In this document: positions 30,201 through 39,108 of the stretch, one piece after another | Numbering within the stretch: the first letter of the stretch is position 1 | Layout of the letters: every line of letters begins with the position of its first letter | Virus record (IMG/VR): IMGVR_UViG_3300037485_001282 | Coordinates: 1-64,000 of that record | Length of the DNA: 64,000 nt | Direction: 5' to 3' (one strand) | From: a virus | Position numbers and translations under genes: made by a program | The notes under the pieces: model-generated | Told to the model about the DNA's origin: nothing | The model's database searches: none | What the model saw: the letters and a program-made list of their open reading frames with translations, nothing else

Positions 30201-32565
30201 AAACAGTTAATTGATCTGCTGAAAAGTACCCACATGATCCGCTTATTGAATTATATCTAGAATAATTCTCCTTCTCCATTATTTTATTTTCTGGTATAAA
30301 CCAAGATAATTGGCTTCCGAATGGTATAATTATGCTATTGATAAGATCGGAATCAGATGCGAAATTTTCCGAAACCCATGATTCATTAAAAGAAACAGTG
30401 TATCTGGTTCCAATATCAGTTGATACTGGGGAATTAGTAATAAATAATTTTTCTAAAGAAGTTGATTCTTCTACTGTTATCGGGTATAGAGAATTTGGTA
30501 CAAAAGATTTTGTTATTGTTTTTATGAATTGTTTTTGGGTGTCGCCATAATTATCATATCTAACATCAAATCTTTCTACATTTTCTAGATATTTTGGTTT
30601 TATTTGTAGTTCTTTTTCTAGATCAGTGTATAGAGAAGTATCTATATCCATATTATTCAAACTTATGCCATGTATAATAATTTTTCCATTTTTTACACCA
30701 GCACCGTAATGCCCAGGATCGTTAATTGTGGTATATGGTTCGGAATAAATTTCTTTCCCATCTATATCAACTGATTTAATTTGCTTCTGTGGAACATTTA
30801 GAGAAAAATTCTCTAACATATTAACCCACTCGGTATCTTCGTTAATTCCTAAATTATTAGATCCTTTTAGTTGGATCATAGCGTTAAATAGTTCAGATTC
30901 TCTTTTGTTTTCTCTAATAAACGCAGATACCTGTATATCCGAAACAACTAACAAAATTTCGTATATTTTATTCTGTTCAAAGACAAAAATATTTCCGCTT
31001 TCATCCAATATAACCGATTCGTAAATATTGTCGTCTATGTAATTTAAACTTATGTGTTGAGTTAGATAGTCATTTATTCCAGAATTATAGATTACCTTAT
31101 CGAGAGAAAACGCAGAATTCTCAATATTAATATTGAATTTATAGAAACTATCATAATCAGTTCCGTTCGAATTTGGTGCTTTAATTCCTCTAAAAATAAC
31201 AAAAATTTCGTTATCAGGTGTTGAAAATAAGTTGGATCTATGGTTAATTTCGCCCATTTGGAATTTAAGTCTTACATCAAAATCCTTTATGGTTTCGTTA
31301 TTAGACGATACAGCACATTCAATTTTTTCTTCCATGGGTGAATCATAAATTACAGTTAGAGTATCCCCCTCTGAAAGTATATCTGGGTTTATTTGGAGTA
31401 TTGTTGGGTTATTTTCATTTTTTCTAGCTGGTTTATTTTGTACAATATCGTATTTTTCCGAAAAAGTTACTAATTCAGCCACGCTTCTATTATTGTTACA
31501 TATATTAATAATACTGGGTAAAGAGTTAGATAGCTCGAACTCCAACCATCCATCTTTTTCTGATCCGCTTATTGTCGCAACAGAATCAGTTGATATGTTA
31601 ACTTTATCGCTACTATGATAACTATCAAGAACAATATAGTTATTTTTTATGATTAAGTTTGATTTATCATTATTAATGTTTGAAATATTTAAGTTATCCC
31701 ACTTTAATCCGAGTTTATTATCTTCAAACTTATCCAATAAACAAAAAGTCTCGGAGATACTTCCTTTTGTAACTAAATTCCAAGTTTTAGTCCACAGTTC
31801 TTTAACTTTGCAGTTAATATCAAAGAAACTAAAGAATTTTGAAATATTATCATTAGTTCCTTTATTTCTGAATATCTCGACACTATAAAGAAGAAATTTT
31901 CTAAATAGTAAAATCTCATCAGTAGTCGCCGTTCCCAATTTAATTCTATCGTAAATATCGTAATTTAAAATATCGTTTTTGTCTAATGTGTATCCTACTT
32001 TTCTAATGTAATCTTCGTGCCCTAATGTAAGTGCCCAATACTCAAAAAAGGACGGATCGAGTCTTTCTATATCGATTAATTTATATAGATCCGTGACATC
32101 TTTATGCATTCTGTCGAAAAACCGACTAAGAGATAAAACCAAATCATCAAATTCTGGTGATTTGACTTCATCATAGAGCGGAAATTTATTAATTAGAAAC
32201 TTAAAAAATCTTGATTGTACATCTACTTGTTTAGTAATTGAATGTGTAAAATAGAAAATATCGCCGTTGTATGTAAACGCATCAGACCAGATCTTTAATT
32301 TAACGTATTCGGTTTTGGATTCTTTAAATTTATGATTAACTGTCTCTGAATTATAAAAAAATCCATCGCTAAATGACCATTCTATCTTGGATATGTTAGA
32401 AATAAAGTAATCTGAAAGAGTTAGATCGCTTTTCTGTACATGGCCATCAATTTCTAAATCAACTGAATCTTGCAGTAACCCAGTTTGGTGTTCAGCGGTA
32501 AAAAGGATTTTTTCATTAGCGTATGCGCCAATATTATCAAAGGTAAAGTTAGATAAAAATGTCAT
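27241..32565 (-). CDS. Baseplate wedge protein, T4 gp7 / P2 gpI-like, greatly extended
   Basis: 1774 aa; FFDRMHKDV..LIDIERLDPSFFEYWALTLG...IFRNKGT; PKD-like N-terminal segment; follows the gp6-like gene. Confidence 0.7.
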   Translation of the reverse strand: MTFLSNFTFDNIGAYANEKILFTAEHQTGLLQDSVDLEIDGHVQKSDLTLSDYFISNISKIEWSFSDGFFYNSETVNHKFKESKTEYVKLKIWSDAFTYNGDIFYFTHSITKQVDVQSRFFKFLINKFPLYDEVKSPEFDDLVLSLSRFFDRMHKDVTDLYKLIDIERLDPSFFEYWALTLGHEDYIRKVGYTLDKNDILNYDIYDRIKLGTATTDEILLFRKFLLYSVEIFRNKGTNDNISKFFSFFDINCKVKELWTKTWNLVTKGSISETFCLLDKFEDNKLGLKWDNLNISNINNDKSNLIIKNNYIVLDSYHSSDKVNISTDSVATISGSEKDGWLEFELSNSLPSIINICNNNRSVAELVTFSEKYDIVQNKPARKNENNPTILQINPDILSEGDTLTVIYDSPMEEKIECAVSSNNETIKDFDVRLKFQMGEINHRSNLFSTPDNEIFVIFRGIKAPNSNGTDYDSFYKFNINIENSAFSLDKVIYNSGINDYLTQHISLNYIDDNIYESVILDESGNIFVFEQNKIYEILLVVSDIQVSAFIRENKRESELFNAMIQLKGSNNLGINEDTEWVNMLENFSLNVPQKQIKSVDIDGKEIYSEPYTTINDPGHYGAGVKNGKIIIHGISLNNMDIDTSLYTDLEKELQIKPKYLENVERFDVRYDNYGDTQKQFIKTITKSFVPNSLYPITVEESTSLEKLFITNSPVSTDIGTRYTVSFNESWVSENFASDSDLINSIIIPFGSQLSWFIPENKIMEKENYSRYNSISGSCGYFSADQLTVLGKYNTEPFDSFSELSRAKYSTDLYISDKLSSYITYNKSDFEIKGIWEEVYPHSNKFESIDSDIILDDLSVFKNKMFSPVTVDIPEGKRVIGVQFNNCSYIDQLISRYSTEFNKEVVLYGSFKFHIPCNTVKYKPSSNKLKQSSLFPNDYEIDIFIPLGILNKEITIYSLGNEFVKQSNNIPSLITLNGLFANLLSYNFDSNQNKIILTTPNPFESLETGLSVSYFISASLNLATNLEENPNSATERNTDFIISKNIRSFLSDLSNTQLHTIEDLNWWLPKTVWRKRSFEQLEADLSEDILSGINFTDKSIEKNNSPKIFFGKDIDTNHDKVNSLRLKLKDGKITPGSMYYAKVKIKIDYSGFDNKTFDMLTEIDRENLKVNNKSNSNSAFKAAPIKLCKEIYIPLSWYAYDELVTANTEYDKCSTDKNKNTPTILNDTLQYANFIERSFSGQESFSFTPLGQMTEALNYKQNTNINVLLNTTQLAKYIKETPEWSIVDWNKYFIDHLEILEIYEEVSPENYKLYNKYTILSENYLNIGSNVNIEYNNNILDWDIIENINLAVTKITNTNYYFEIPHVLKDMEFWVNNVRKITLNDYLVPEDSYVINKTSILFKDNSFLNKLVGSSVYGVFDFDLYFDKSKTFKEKHDDFRLKRDINWIPYEANSNEIYENLSRLPSTNMLLGETTPNQQFYEIISVDNVNCFKSLNRNSLFPFEGRQSGSKKSSKTINVKQNEPNARRLYVIDNDNYIFDISADVFFDSKLNDIKNYKGKKFEVILKSSEIFDYKNKKNVLNSYYFAGIGSFDFDIALGVSAFNHGTSNTNTSFLAGFGDYNTKNIKFDTWYTIRCVVTDDYIRVLFNEKDNPEKLVLNYFINKNYQTDPSRYLDGNFEELVYNIAGLQNMNITYPDKAGEITDTNFVRNNINNDLISSTRPFGSLCGFRIFNEYTYMTNIKYKYLSEDGIKIGNPFQGIDLTEMIIDITKTNGN

Positions 32566-32566
32566 T

Positions 32567-35500
32567 TTACTCTCTTTCGATTATTACGTCACCTAATTTT
32601 GGAAATTCAAATTCAGATAATTGAATATCTAAACTATAATTCCATTCTCTGGTTCCGTCTATATTAAGTGTATCAAAAAGGGGCTGATAAATCTTTACCA
32701 ACGATGGGTCTTTTGCTACTAGTTCCATTAATTTATTTCGTCTTGCGACATTAACATCGGAATCTGATGTTCTAAAATCGACATTATAATCACTTGCCGA
32801 GAGTTTATTATCTGGGTCTTTATTTAACATTACTTCAAAAGAATCTATGTTTTCCGTGTTAATTAAAGAGGAAATCTTCGAATGATTTATTTTCTCCCCT
32901 AAATTATGTTGAGAAAGATCGGAAAAGTATTCTTCTAAATTTTTTCTAATTTGTGTTTCTATTACTTGACTGCTACCGTTTCTGTTTTTCTTATATCTAA
33001 TTGCAACATCAATGGGAACCCAAGATGCAGCAAAGATCTCAACTTTAGTGCCAGACATTTTAAATATATTATTATCTAATTGAGATTTTAAGTAATCTCT
33101 CAAGTTTTTATTGATGTAATTTGACCCGTCCTTATTAAGTCCGATAACAAATATATGATTAAACCAGTAGTTAGCTAAATCGTTCTGTGGAATTAACGAC
33201 TTTAGTTTAGCTTCTTCATAAGAAAATACTTTCGATTTAACTAGATAGTCAGTAAAGGCGACCGAGATATATTTAACATAGTCTGGAATAGAAACTAATC
33301 TATTTTGGGTAACAAAGAAATTAGATGAATTTTGGCGTAACTCGTCTGCGGTCTCTACATCGTTTCCACCAAAAGAATTCTTATTCTGTACTATAGTAAT
33401 ATCCGATGTTTTGAGTTTTGTGTTTTCGGTATCTATTATTCTGGTTTCAACATTGTTTCCGTTAAAATAGAGTTTAGATTTAAGTCCAATTAAATTCACT
33501 AAATTTTGTTCAAACTCTATAGATGTTACGTCATTTCCTAGAATATATTGCGATAAAATGACGTTTGTGGAAAGAGTGTTTTTAGTTATGTTTCCTTCAG
33601 AACCAACCGAATTAAGACCTATAATTAATACTTCGGAGTCTAAAATTGATGTTCCCCAATGAACGGTATCACCAAACTCTATCGATAATTTTTCGGAAGA
33701 AGACATTGTTAATTTGAATATTTTTTCACCTGGATAAAAGGATGTATTAGTTGTAAATCCAGATCTTTGCCACTCGTCCCAATTTCCTTCTTTATTTTTC
33801 ACAAAGACTCGGATTGAGTTTGTTGAGATTTGATTATTTCCAATAATAAATTTTATGTCTCTCTCATATGTTCTTGATGGATCTAAGTATAAATCAAATC
33901 CGTTTGTCGATGAGTCAATTACGCTGTTAGCGTTTATGTGCGAGATTGCTGGTGAACCTTCATATAGATTATCTATCTTAAATGTCTCTGGAATGTTAAT
34001 GAATAAGAATCCAGGGATTTGATTATTAAGGGTATTTTGATCCGAGAAAAGAATCTCGCCGTGTTTTTGATAAGTATAGTCTTCGGAAAAATCAACATAC
34101 CAATCAACTATAATATCATTATCATCCGATGATTGCTCTGCGTTAATGGTGAATCCAGATGACGATTTATTAGTGTACCATAGTAATATATTTCTATTAG
34201 AAACTAATTGAATAGAATAGTTATTGTCAGAGATTAAATTTTTAAACTTAATATCATACCCATTTATAATATCTGTTTTGCTCAATACCAAACGACCAGA
34301 TTGTTTATTTGAATTTAGTGATTCTAGTGGTATTTGAGAATCTAAATAATTGTATGCGCTCCAAGACACTTTTCCAATAAAATTTCTGTTTGACTTTATA
34401 GTAAATCCATTTGCTGTTAGATTTTCATACCATACTTCAATATTGTCATTTGGAGTAAGCATTACCATATAGTTACTAACGGGAACATTATTTTCGATGA
34501 CTTCTGATAGAGGAGAATTGAATATGACTTTCATTTCCTTAATATTGGGTTCTATGGTTTCGGTAGCTATCCAATTAATGTCCCCACTGAAATTAGAATT
34601 TGGTTCTATATAAATTGTAAATCCGTTTATACTTTGACTAGCGTACCATTTTCTTATATTACTAGTCGAAGATAAGTTAATTTGATATGTTGCGTTTGAG
34701 AATGGTTTATTGAAAATAACTTTTGATTTATATGTACCACTAGAAAAAGATACTGTTCCTGCTTTTTGAACAGTTGATTTTGTTTGTAGGTTACTAACTA
34801 CTTGAAAGTCACCAAAACGATTTCCACCAGTAGTTAATAGGGTTGGTGTGCCTGTGATTGGATCTATAAACTTAGTAAATATTTTACCAATTATTATCTG
34901 ATTTGATGATGGTTGATTAGATGTTATATCCAATTTTGCACCATAGTTAATATTGGGTAAGTCTGGATTGTTAATTGTTAATAGTACATTATATTCTGGG
35001 ATTCCCCTATCCCAGAAATCTGGTTTTATCTTCGATGATTCGATTGTTCCCGAACTAAATGTATAAATTTTTCCTTCAACCAATACACCTAAAGGTGGTT
35101 TAGATCCGTCTTTGTTTATTATTAATTTTATTTTTTCTACTGATTTTGGGCGATTGGTCATTGTATCGTATTCTAGCGACACGCTCTCTAAATTTTGAAT
35201 TCCAGTATTTCCGACGTAAAATCTATTAAAAGTATAAGTATCTAATAACTTTATTGTGTAGAAAGAATTTGTATTATCTGTTGGTTGAAGCATAAAAGAC
35301 ACAATAACATCGTTTTCTTTTTCCCCGATATTTGATATATTATCGGTAACTGTTAAATATGTCTGTGAATTCGACTGATTATAGTTGAATAGCAAATAAT
35401 ACTCTACATTTGGTAATAAATTAGACCCATAGTTAAGTGTATTAATTGTAATACGAAACGGTTGACCAGTTGATGAACTGTTAGAAGGAGATACGAGTGG

Positions 35501-36163
35501 ATAGTTAGCGGTATCGTAACCTCTGTAATTAGAAATATCATTCTTATTTAAGATTCTAAGAGGCTTATAGATGGACAATGGAATAGAGAAACCATCAGAT
35601 AGATAACTAATTTGATTATCGTTAGTAAAATAAGAAGCGGGGGCAGTAAATGGTAGAGACTGACCTCTGTATGTAATATCTGAAAATTCTAGAGGTCTTA
35701 CCCCATATGATTTTATTATATAGTTTACTGGTTCGATATTAGTAAATTGAAAATTTTTATTAGTATTAACTGTTGGTTTGGCTGAAGGAAAAATTGAGTA
35801 GGCTGGGATTTCAATTTGCTGTCCGTTTTTAGACATAACATATTCTGAAGAAAGCGAAGCGATAACATCTACTTTACTAGAAGTAACTCCTCTTGCCTCG
35901 TATCTTAATAATTCAGCGAATTTTATAATATTTTTATACTTTTTAGCGGTAGGTTGAAAGATCTCATTAGCGGCTGAATTAATATAATATCCAAATAGTT
36001 GACCAACATATGCCGCAATATCTGTATATGTTCTGATATTAGAACCCATTACATCAATATCTTTAAAGGAGTTTGTTTCTTTAATATATGATATTAACTC
36101 TAATCTCAATGATTCAAAGTCATATGCAGTATAATTTATGGTTCGTATGTTTTTATTATCCAT
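32567..36163 (-). CDS. Baseplate wedge protein, T4 gp6-like, with inserted modules
   Basis: INYTAYDFESLRLELISYIK..FKD..GSN; IEFGD..WG; S.GSEGN; SFGGNDVET.DELR..QNRLVS..DY. Confidence 0.85.
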   Translation of the reverse strand: MDNKNIRTINYTAYDFESLRLELISYIKETNSFKDIDVMGSNIRTYTDIAAYVGQLFGYYINSAANEIFQPTAKKYKNIIKFAELLRYEARGVTSSKVDVIASLSSEYVMSKNGQQIEIPAYSIFPSAKPTVNTNKNFQFTNIEPVNYIIKSYGVRPLEFSDITYRGQSLPFTAPASYFTNDNQISYLSDGFSIPLSIYKPLRILNKNDISNYRGYDTANYPLVSPSNSSSTGQPFRITINTLNYGSNLLPNVEYYLLFNYNQSNSQTYLTVTDNISNIGEKENDVIVSFMLQPTDNTNSFYTIKLLDTYTFNRFYVGNTGIQNLESVSLEYDTMTNRPKSVEKIKLIINKDGSKPPLGVLVEGKIYTFSSGTIESSKIKPDFWDRGIPEYNVLLTINNPDLPNINYGAKLDITSNQPSSNQIIIGKIFTKFIDPITGTPTLLTTGGNRFGDFQVVSNLQTKSTVQKAGTVSFSSGTYKSKVIFNKPFSNATYQINLSSTSNIRKWYASQSINGFTIYIEPNSNFSGDINWIATETIEPNIKEMKVIFNSPLSEVIENNVPVSNYMVMLTPNDNIEVWYENLTANGFTIKSNRNFIGKVSWSAYNYLDSQIPLESLNSNKQSGRLVLSKTDIINGYDIKFKNLISDNNYSIQLVSNRNILLWYTNKSSSGFTINAEQSSDDNDIIVDWYVDFSEDYTYQKHGEILFSDQNTLNNQIPGFLFINIPETFKIDNLYEGSPAISHINANSVIDSSTNGFDLYLDPSRTYERDIKFIIGNNQISTNSIRVFVKNKEGNWDEWQRSGFTTNTSFYPGEKIFKLTMSSSEKLSIEFGDTVHWGTSILDSEVLIIGLNSVGSEGNITKNTLSTNVILSQYILGNDVTSIEFEQNLVNLIGLKSKLYFNGNNVETRIIDTENTKLKTSDITIVQNKNSFGGNDVETADELRQNSSNFFVTQNRLVSIPDYVKYISVAFTDYLVKSKVFSYEEAKLKSLIPQNDLANYWFNHIFVIGLNKDGSNYINKNLRDYLKSQLDNNIFKMSGTKVEIFAASWVPIDVAIRYKKNRNGSSQVIETQIRKNLEEYFSDLSQHNLGEKINHSKISSLINTENIDSFEVMLNKDPDNKLSASDYNVDFRTSDSDVNVARRNKLMELVAKDPSLVKIYQPLFDTLNIDGTREWNYSLDIQLSEFEFPKLGDVIIERE

Positions 36164-36174
36164 TTAAATCACCT

Positions 36175-36558
36175 TTAATTTTTTTGTATGGTTATGTCAA
36201 CTTGATCGTTTAGTTTCTTGTCGTTCACAAAATATTTTATCGATATTTCATAACCAGGAACAGAATCATTTATGATTTTTATTTGTATCTTATTAATAGT
36301 AATTCTTGTTTCAAATAATTCTAATTGTTTTTGAATTTCTGTTGCTATTGCTGACGCTACTTCTTCGTTTATAGGCTCAAAAAGAAATCGTTCAATGCCT
36401 ACGCCAAATATTGGCATCATTACTCTAGAACCTCTTGGGGTTTTTATTATAGTGTAAATTGACTGCTTAACCGAATCCAAGTCCGTTACTGTTGTTAAAT
36501 CACCAGCGGAATTAAGTTTAGGGTTAAATGCCAAATCAGAATAAATCGGAACCGCCAT
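36175..36558 (-). CDS. Baseplate wedge / sheath initiator, T4 gp25-like
   Basis: YSDL.F, SVKQSIYTIIKTPRGSRVMMPIFG, LFEP, FETRI. Confidence 0.92.
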   Translation of the reverse strand: MAVPIYSDLAFNPKLNSAGDLTTVTDLDSVKQSIYTIIKTPRGSRVMMPIFGVGIERFLFEPINEEVASAIATEIQKQLELFETRITINKIQIKIINDSVPGYEISIKYFVNDKKLNDQVDITIQKN

Positions 36559-36584
36559 AAATAAAGCCTCTGGCTTTATTTATA
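36557..36584 (-). promoter_or_regulatory. Late promoter TATAAATA (36577-36584) inside a 12-bp hairpin covering the gp25 RBS and start
   Basis: Perfect inverted repeat ATAAATAAAGCC-AGA-GGCTTTATTTAT(G). Confidence 0.7.
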
Positions 36585-36592
36585 AGATTCGC

Positions 36593-38326
36593 TCATTCTA
36601 TTTCTGATTTATTAGTAACTACTGCCACTGAATTTATAGTTGCTGAAAATGATTTATTAACGTATGAGTCTGCTTTAGTTGGTTCGCTAACTTGGTCCGC
36701 TGGTAGAATAACTACTGGAACGGGAACTCCAGGCGTGCCAATCCCAAGAGTAACTTTTCCAAGTATATTTGAAACTGGGCCTCCAATATTGACCACAGAT
36801 CCATTAAATGCAGCGTTCCCACCAGATTTAAGGGTCATATTACTTGAAGCCATCATTGAAATAGCTTTGGAATTAATAAGAACATCACTATCAATATTTG
36901 ACTTATCGGCTTTTATGGAGACTACATTAGATGATAATATCCAGTTAGGTACGGTGAAACTAACGGATTTATTGGATTTAAAAGAGGTAAAACTACTCGA
37001 AAAAGACGTATCAGTAGCAGACTTTGATGATATTGATCCATCGGATAGGAGACTAACCTTGCCTTTTGAATGTAAAATAGACTCAGATAGTGATGTGAGG
37101 TTTATTTTTTTCGCTTCGGATAAAATAGTTCCTTCAGCTTTAGATGAGATATTTGTTGAATATAAGTCTATAGCTACTTTTGATTTCATGATTATGTCTT
37201 GATCAGCCGAAAATTGAATAGTCTTTCCCGAGAAATTCAAATTAGATTTCGGCGCGGACATATTAATGTCGCCGTTCTCCGCGAGTACATTGATATTCCC
37301 GTTTCTACTAACAACACCAACATTATCCATAACATTTATATTGGCTGTTTTTTCACATTGTATAAAGCAATTATTCTTAACATATACCGACATATCACCC
37401 AAAATATATACCTTTTTATTACCAGCAACTATATTTGTCTCATCGTTCTTTTTTCCGCTAGAATGATTGGGGGTAATTGGATCGCTGATAATTGGATTTG
37501 TTGTTCCAACGATGGTAGTTCTTTGACCAAACTCATCAGTATATTCCAAATAACCTTTATGCATAACATAAAGTTTCTCGGTTTCATTTTCGTGAACAGA
37601 AATACAGGTTGTTCCACCAGGAGAAGTCCAACTCGATACTTTACTATTCAGATTTAAATAATTTTCAGTAAAAAAAGAATCACCTATATCTATATTAGGT
37701 GTTTCTATGGGTGTTCCTATCTTTATTTTATCAGATATAACACCAGTTCCAACGTGAGTAACTTTGTCTATCTCTATAAACTTTAAAAGATTAGTTGCGG
37801 TTGCTGCTTTGTCATATACTTCGTTACTTATTTTTTCTTTTTGAGTCTTCCAATCTCTAGCATCAACCGCCATTGCTATATATTTTGGGTATAGGTGGCA
37901 CCCATCATCAAAGAAAATCCAAACTATAGACCCTTTTGCTGGAACATCAAATTTTCCACCAGTTCCACAATTAAGTAACTTATCGTCCTGCCACTCTTGG
38001 ATAGTTATTAACTTAGTTGTTTGCTTGTCTGGCATCGGTGTGGAAGGAAACTCTTCGAAAACCGATGGAGCATATCTCCCGACTGGCTTAACTGTTGATT
38101 TAATATCCTTAGTGTTAAAACCACCGCTATATGAAATTGAGATTGCTGGTTCAGCCCAAGGTAAATGGGTGATCGGAGTTTCTAAAGGATCCATTGAATG
38201 GATCCCAAGAATACGAATTCTAATTCGGCCTGCGTCTAAAGGATCTTCAGAGTCCTCGACTAATGCCTTTTTAAATCCGTTTATTTTATAATCTTCAATC
38301 GCATAATCGCTATAATCAACATCCAT
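36593..38326 (-). CDS. Baseplate central spike, T4 gp5 / VgrG-like (OB fold plus beta-helix, no lysozyme recognised)
   Basis: VEDSEDPLDAGRIRIRILGIH, LPWAEP, VPAKGSIVWIFFDDG; Ser-rich beta-strand repeats in the C-terminal half. Confidence 0.88.
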   Translation of the reverse strand: MDVDYSDYAIEDYKINGFKKALVEDSEDPLDAGRIRIRILGIHSMDPLETPITHLPWAEPAISISYSGGFNTKDIKSTVKPVGRYAPSVFEEFPSTPMPDKQTTKLITIQEWQDDKLLNCGTGGKFDVPAKGSIVWIFFDDGCHLYPKYIAMAVDARDWKTQKEKISNEVYDKAATATNLLKFIEIDKVTHVGTGVISDKIKIGTPIETPNIDIGDSFFTENYLNLNSKVSSWTSPGGTTCISVHENETEKLYVMHKGYLEYTDEFGQRTTIVGTTNPIISDPITPNHSSGKKNDETNIVAGNKKVYILGDMSVYVKNNCFIQCEKTANINVMDNVGVVSRNGNINVLAENGDINMSAPKSNLNFSGKTIQFSADQDIIMKSKVAIDLYSTNISSKAEGTILSEAKKINLTSLSESILHSKGKVSLLSDGSISSKSATDTSFSSSFTSFKSNKSVSFTVPNWILSSNVVSIKADKSNIDSDVLINSKAISMMASSNMTLKSGGNAAFNGSVVNIGGPVSNILGKVTLGIGTPGVPVPVVILPADQVSEPTKADSYVNKSFSATINSVAVVTNKSEIE

Positions 38327-38350
38327 AGTTCCAACTCAATTTATTAAACC

Positions 38351-38358
38351 TATTTATA
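38351..38358 (-). promoter_or_regulatory. T4-type late promoter TATAAATA
   Basis: 24 nt upstream of the gp5-like start. Confidence 0.7.
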
Positions 38359-38784
38359 TCAAAAAAAGAAAAGATCCCATACCAGTTTTTCTTTGCCGCT
38401 ATCGTCGGTAATCTTCTTTTCTAAAATTGTAATTCCTCTATATATCCATCGGTTTTGTTGTGCGTGTTGCAACAATGAAGTATAATTTTCATGGGTTGCT
38501 TCTATTTGAACTATTTCACCCACCATAGGTACTGGTTGTAAACTAGGACCGAATTGATTTTTAGCAACGCTTGGGTTATTTGGTACTTCGGGTGGAATAA
38601 ACGCTTTCAATTTATCAGTATTAGTCGAAATAAATTGTAAAATCTGTTCCCTCGATTTTATATTTGAGTTATCTGCCATATAACTGTATATTGGTTCTGT
38701 AATATCATCGTTAATAGATATTAACAAATTTCTAAAGTTTTTATCTCCGACTAATCTAGATAAAAAATATTCTGGATTTACCAT
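38359..38784 (-). CDS. Hypothetical protein
   Basis: 141-aa ORF with AAGGA RBS. Confidence 0.7.
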   Translation of the reverse strand: MVNPEYFLSRLVGDKNFRNLLISINDDITEPIYSYMADNSNIKSREQILQFISTNTDKLKAFIPPEVPNNPSVAKNQFGPSLQPVPMVGEIVQIEATHENYTSLLQHAQQNRWIYRGITILEKKITDDSGKEKLVWDLFFF

Positions 38785-38801
38785 GGTTAATTCCTTTAAT
38801 T

Positions 38802-38828
38802 AAAAAAGCCCTCGTTTGAGCGAGGGCT
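38802..38828 (-). terminator. Rho-independent terminator
   Basis: AGCCCTCG/CGAGGGCT stem plus T-run on the minus strand. Confidence 0.8.
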
Positions 38829-38853
38829 ATTGTACCACAATTTGTTGTTTATT

Positions 38854-39054
38854 TCACGCAACAAGGATCTTAGCGCCATAATGGCGACTAACATAGTTAG
38901 CAACACTCTTAGTAAGGTGTGTGGCTCGACTACGATCCTTAACCCAAATGTACTTGGATTGGGTTGCGGTTACCCGATTCTTGCGAAGAGTGAGGTATTG
39001 GCCTCCTGTGGTGCGGGTGTAAGCAATGAATGCTTGTGATTTTGATTTGGACAT
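38854..39054 (-). CDS. Small basic protein (start reassigned to 39054)
   Basis: AAAGGAGA RBS precedes MSKSKSQAFIAY; has its own promoter and terminator. Confidence 0.65.
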   Translation of the reverse strand: MSKSKSQAFIAYTRTTGGQYLTLRKNRVTATQSKYIWVKDRSRATHLTKSVANYVSRHYGAKILVA

Positions 39055-39081
39055 GTTATGTCTCCTTTCATCATGGCCATG

Positions 39082-39108
39082 ATTATACCATACTATTTTT
39101 AATTTCAA
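39082..39108 (-). promoter_or_regulatory. sigma70-like promoter TTGAAA-N15-TATAAT with extended -10 TG
   Basis: TTGAAATTAAAAATAGTATGGTATAAT. Confidence 0.6.

Noticed and set aside
36593-38326. Lysozyme domain in the gp5-like protein
   Set aside because: No T4 lysozyme catalytic motif was recognised between the OB fold and the beta-helix.
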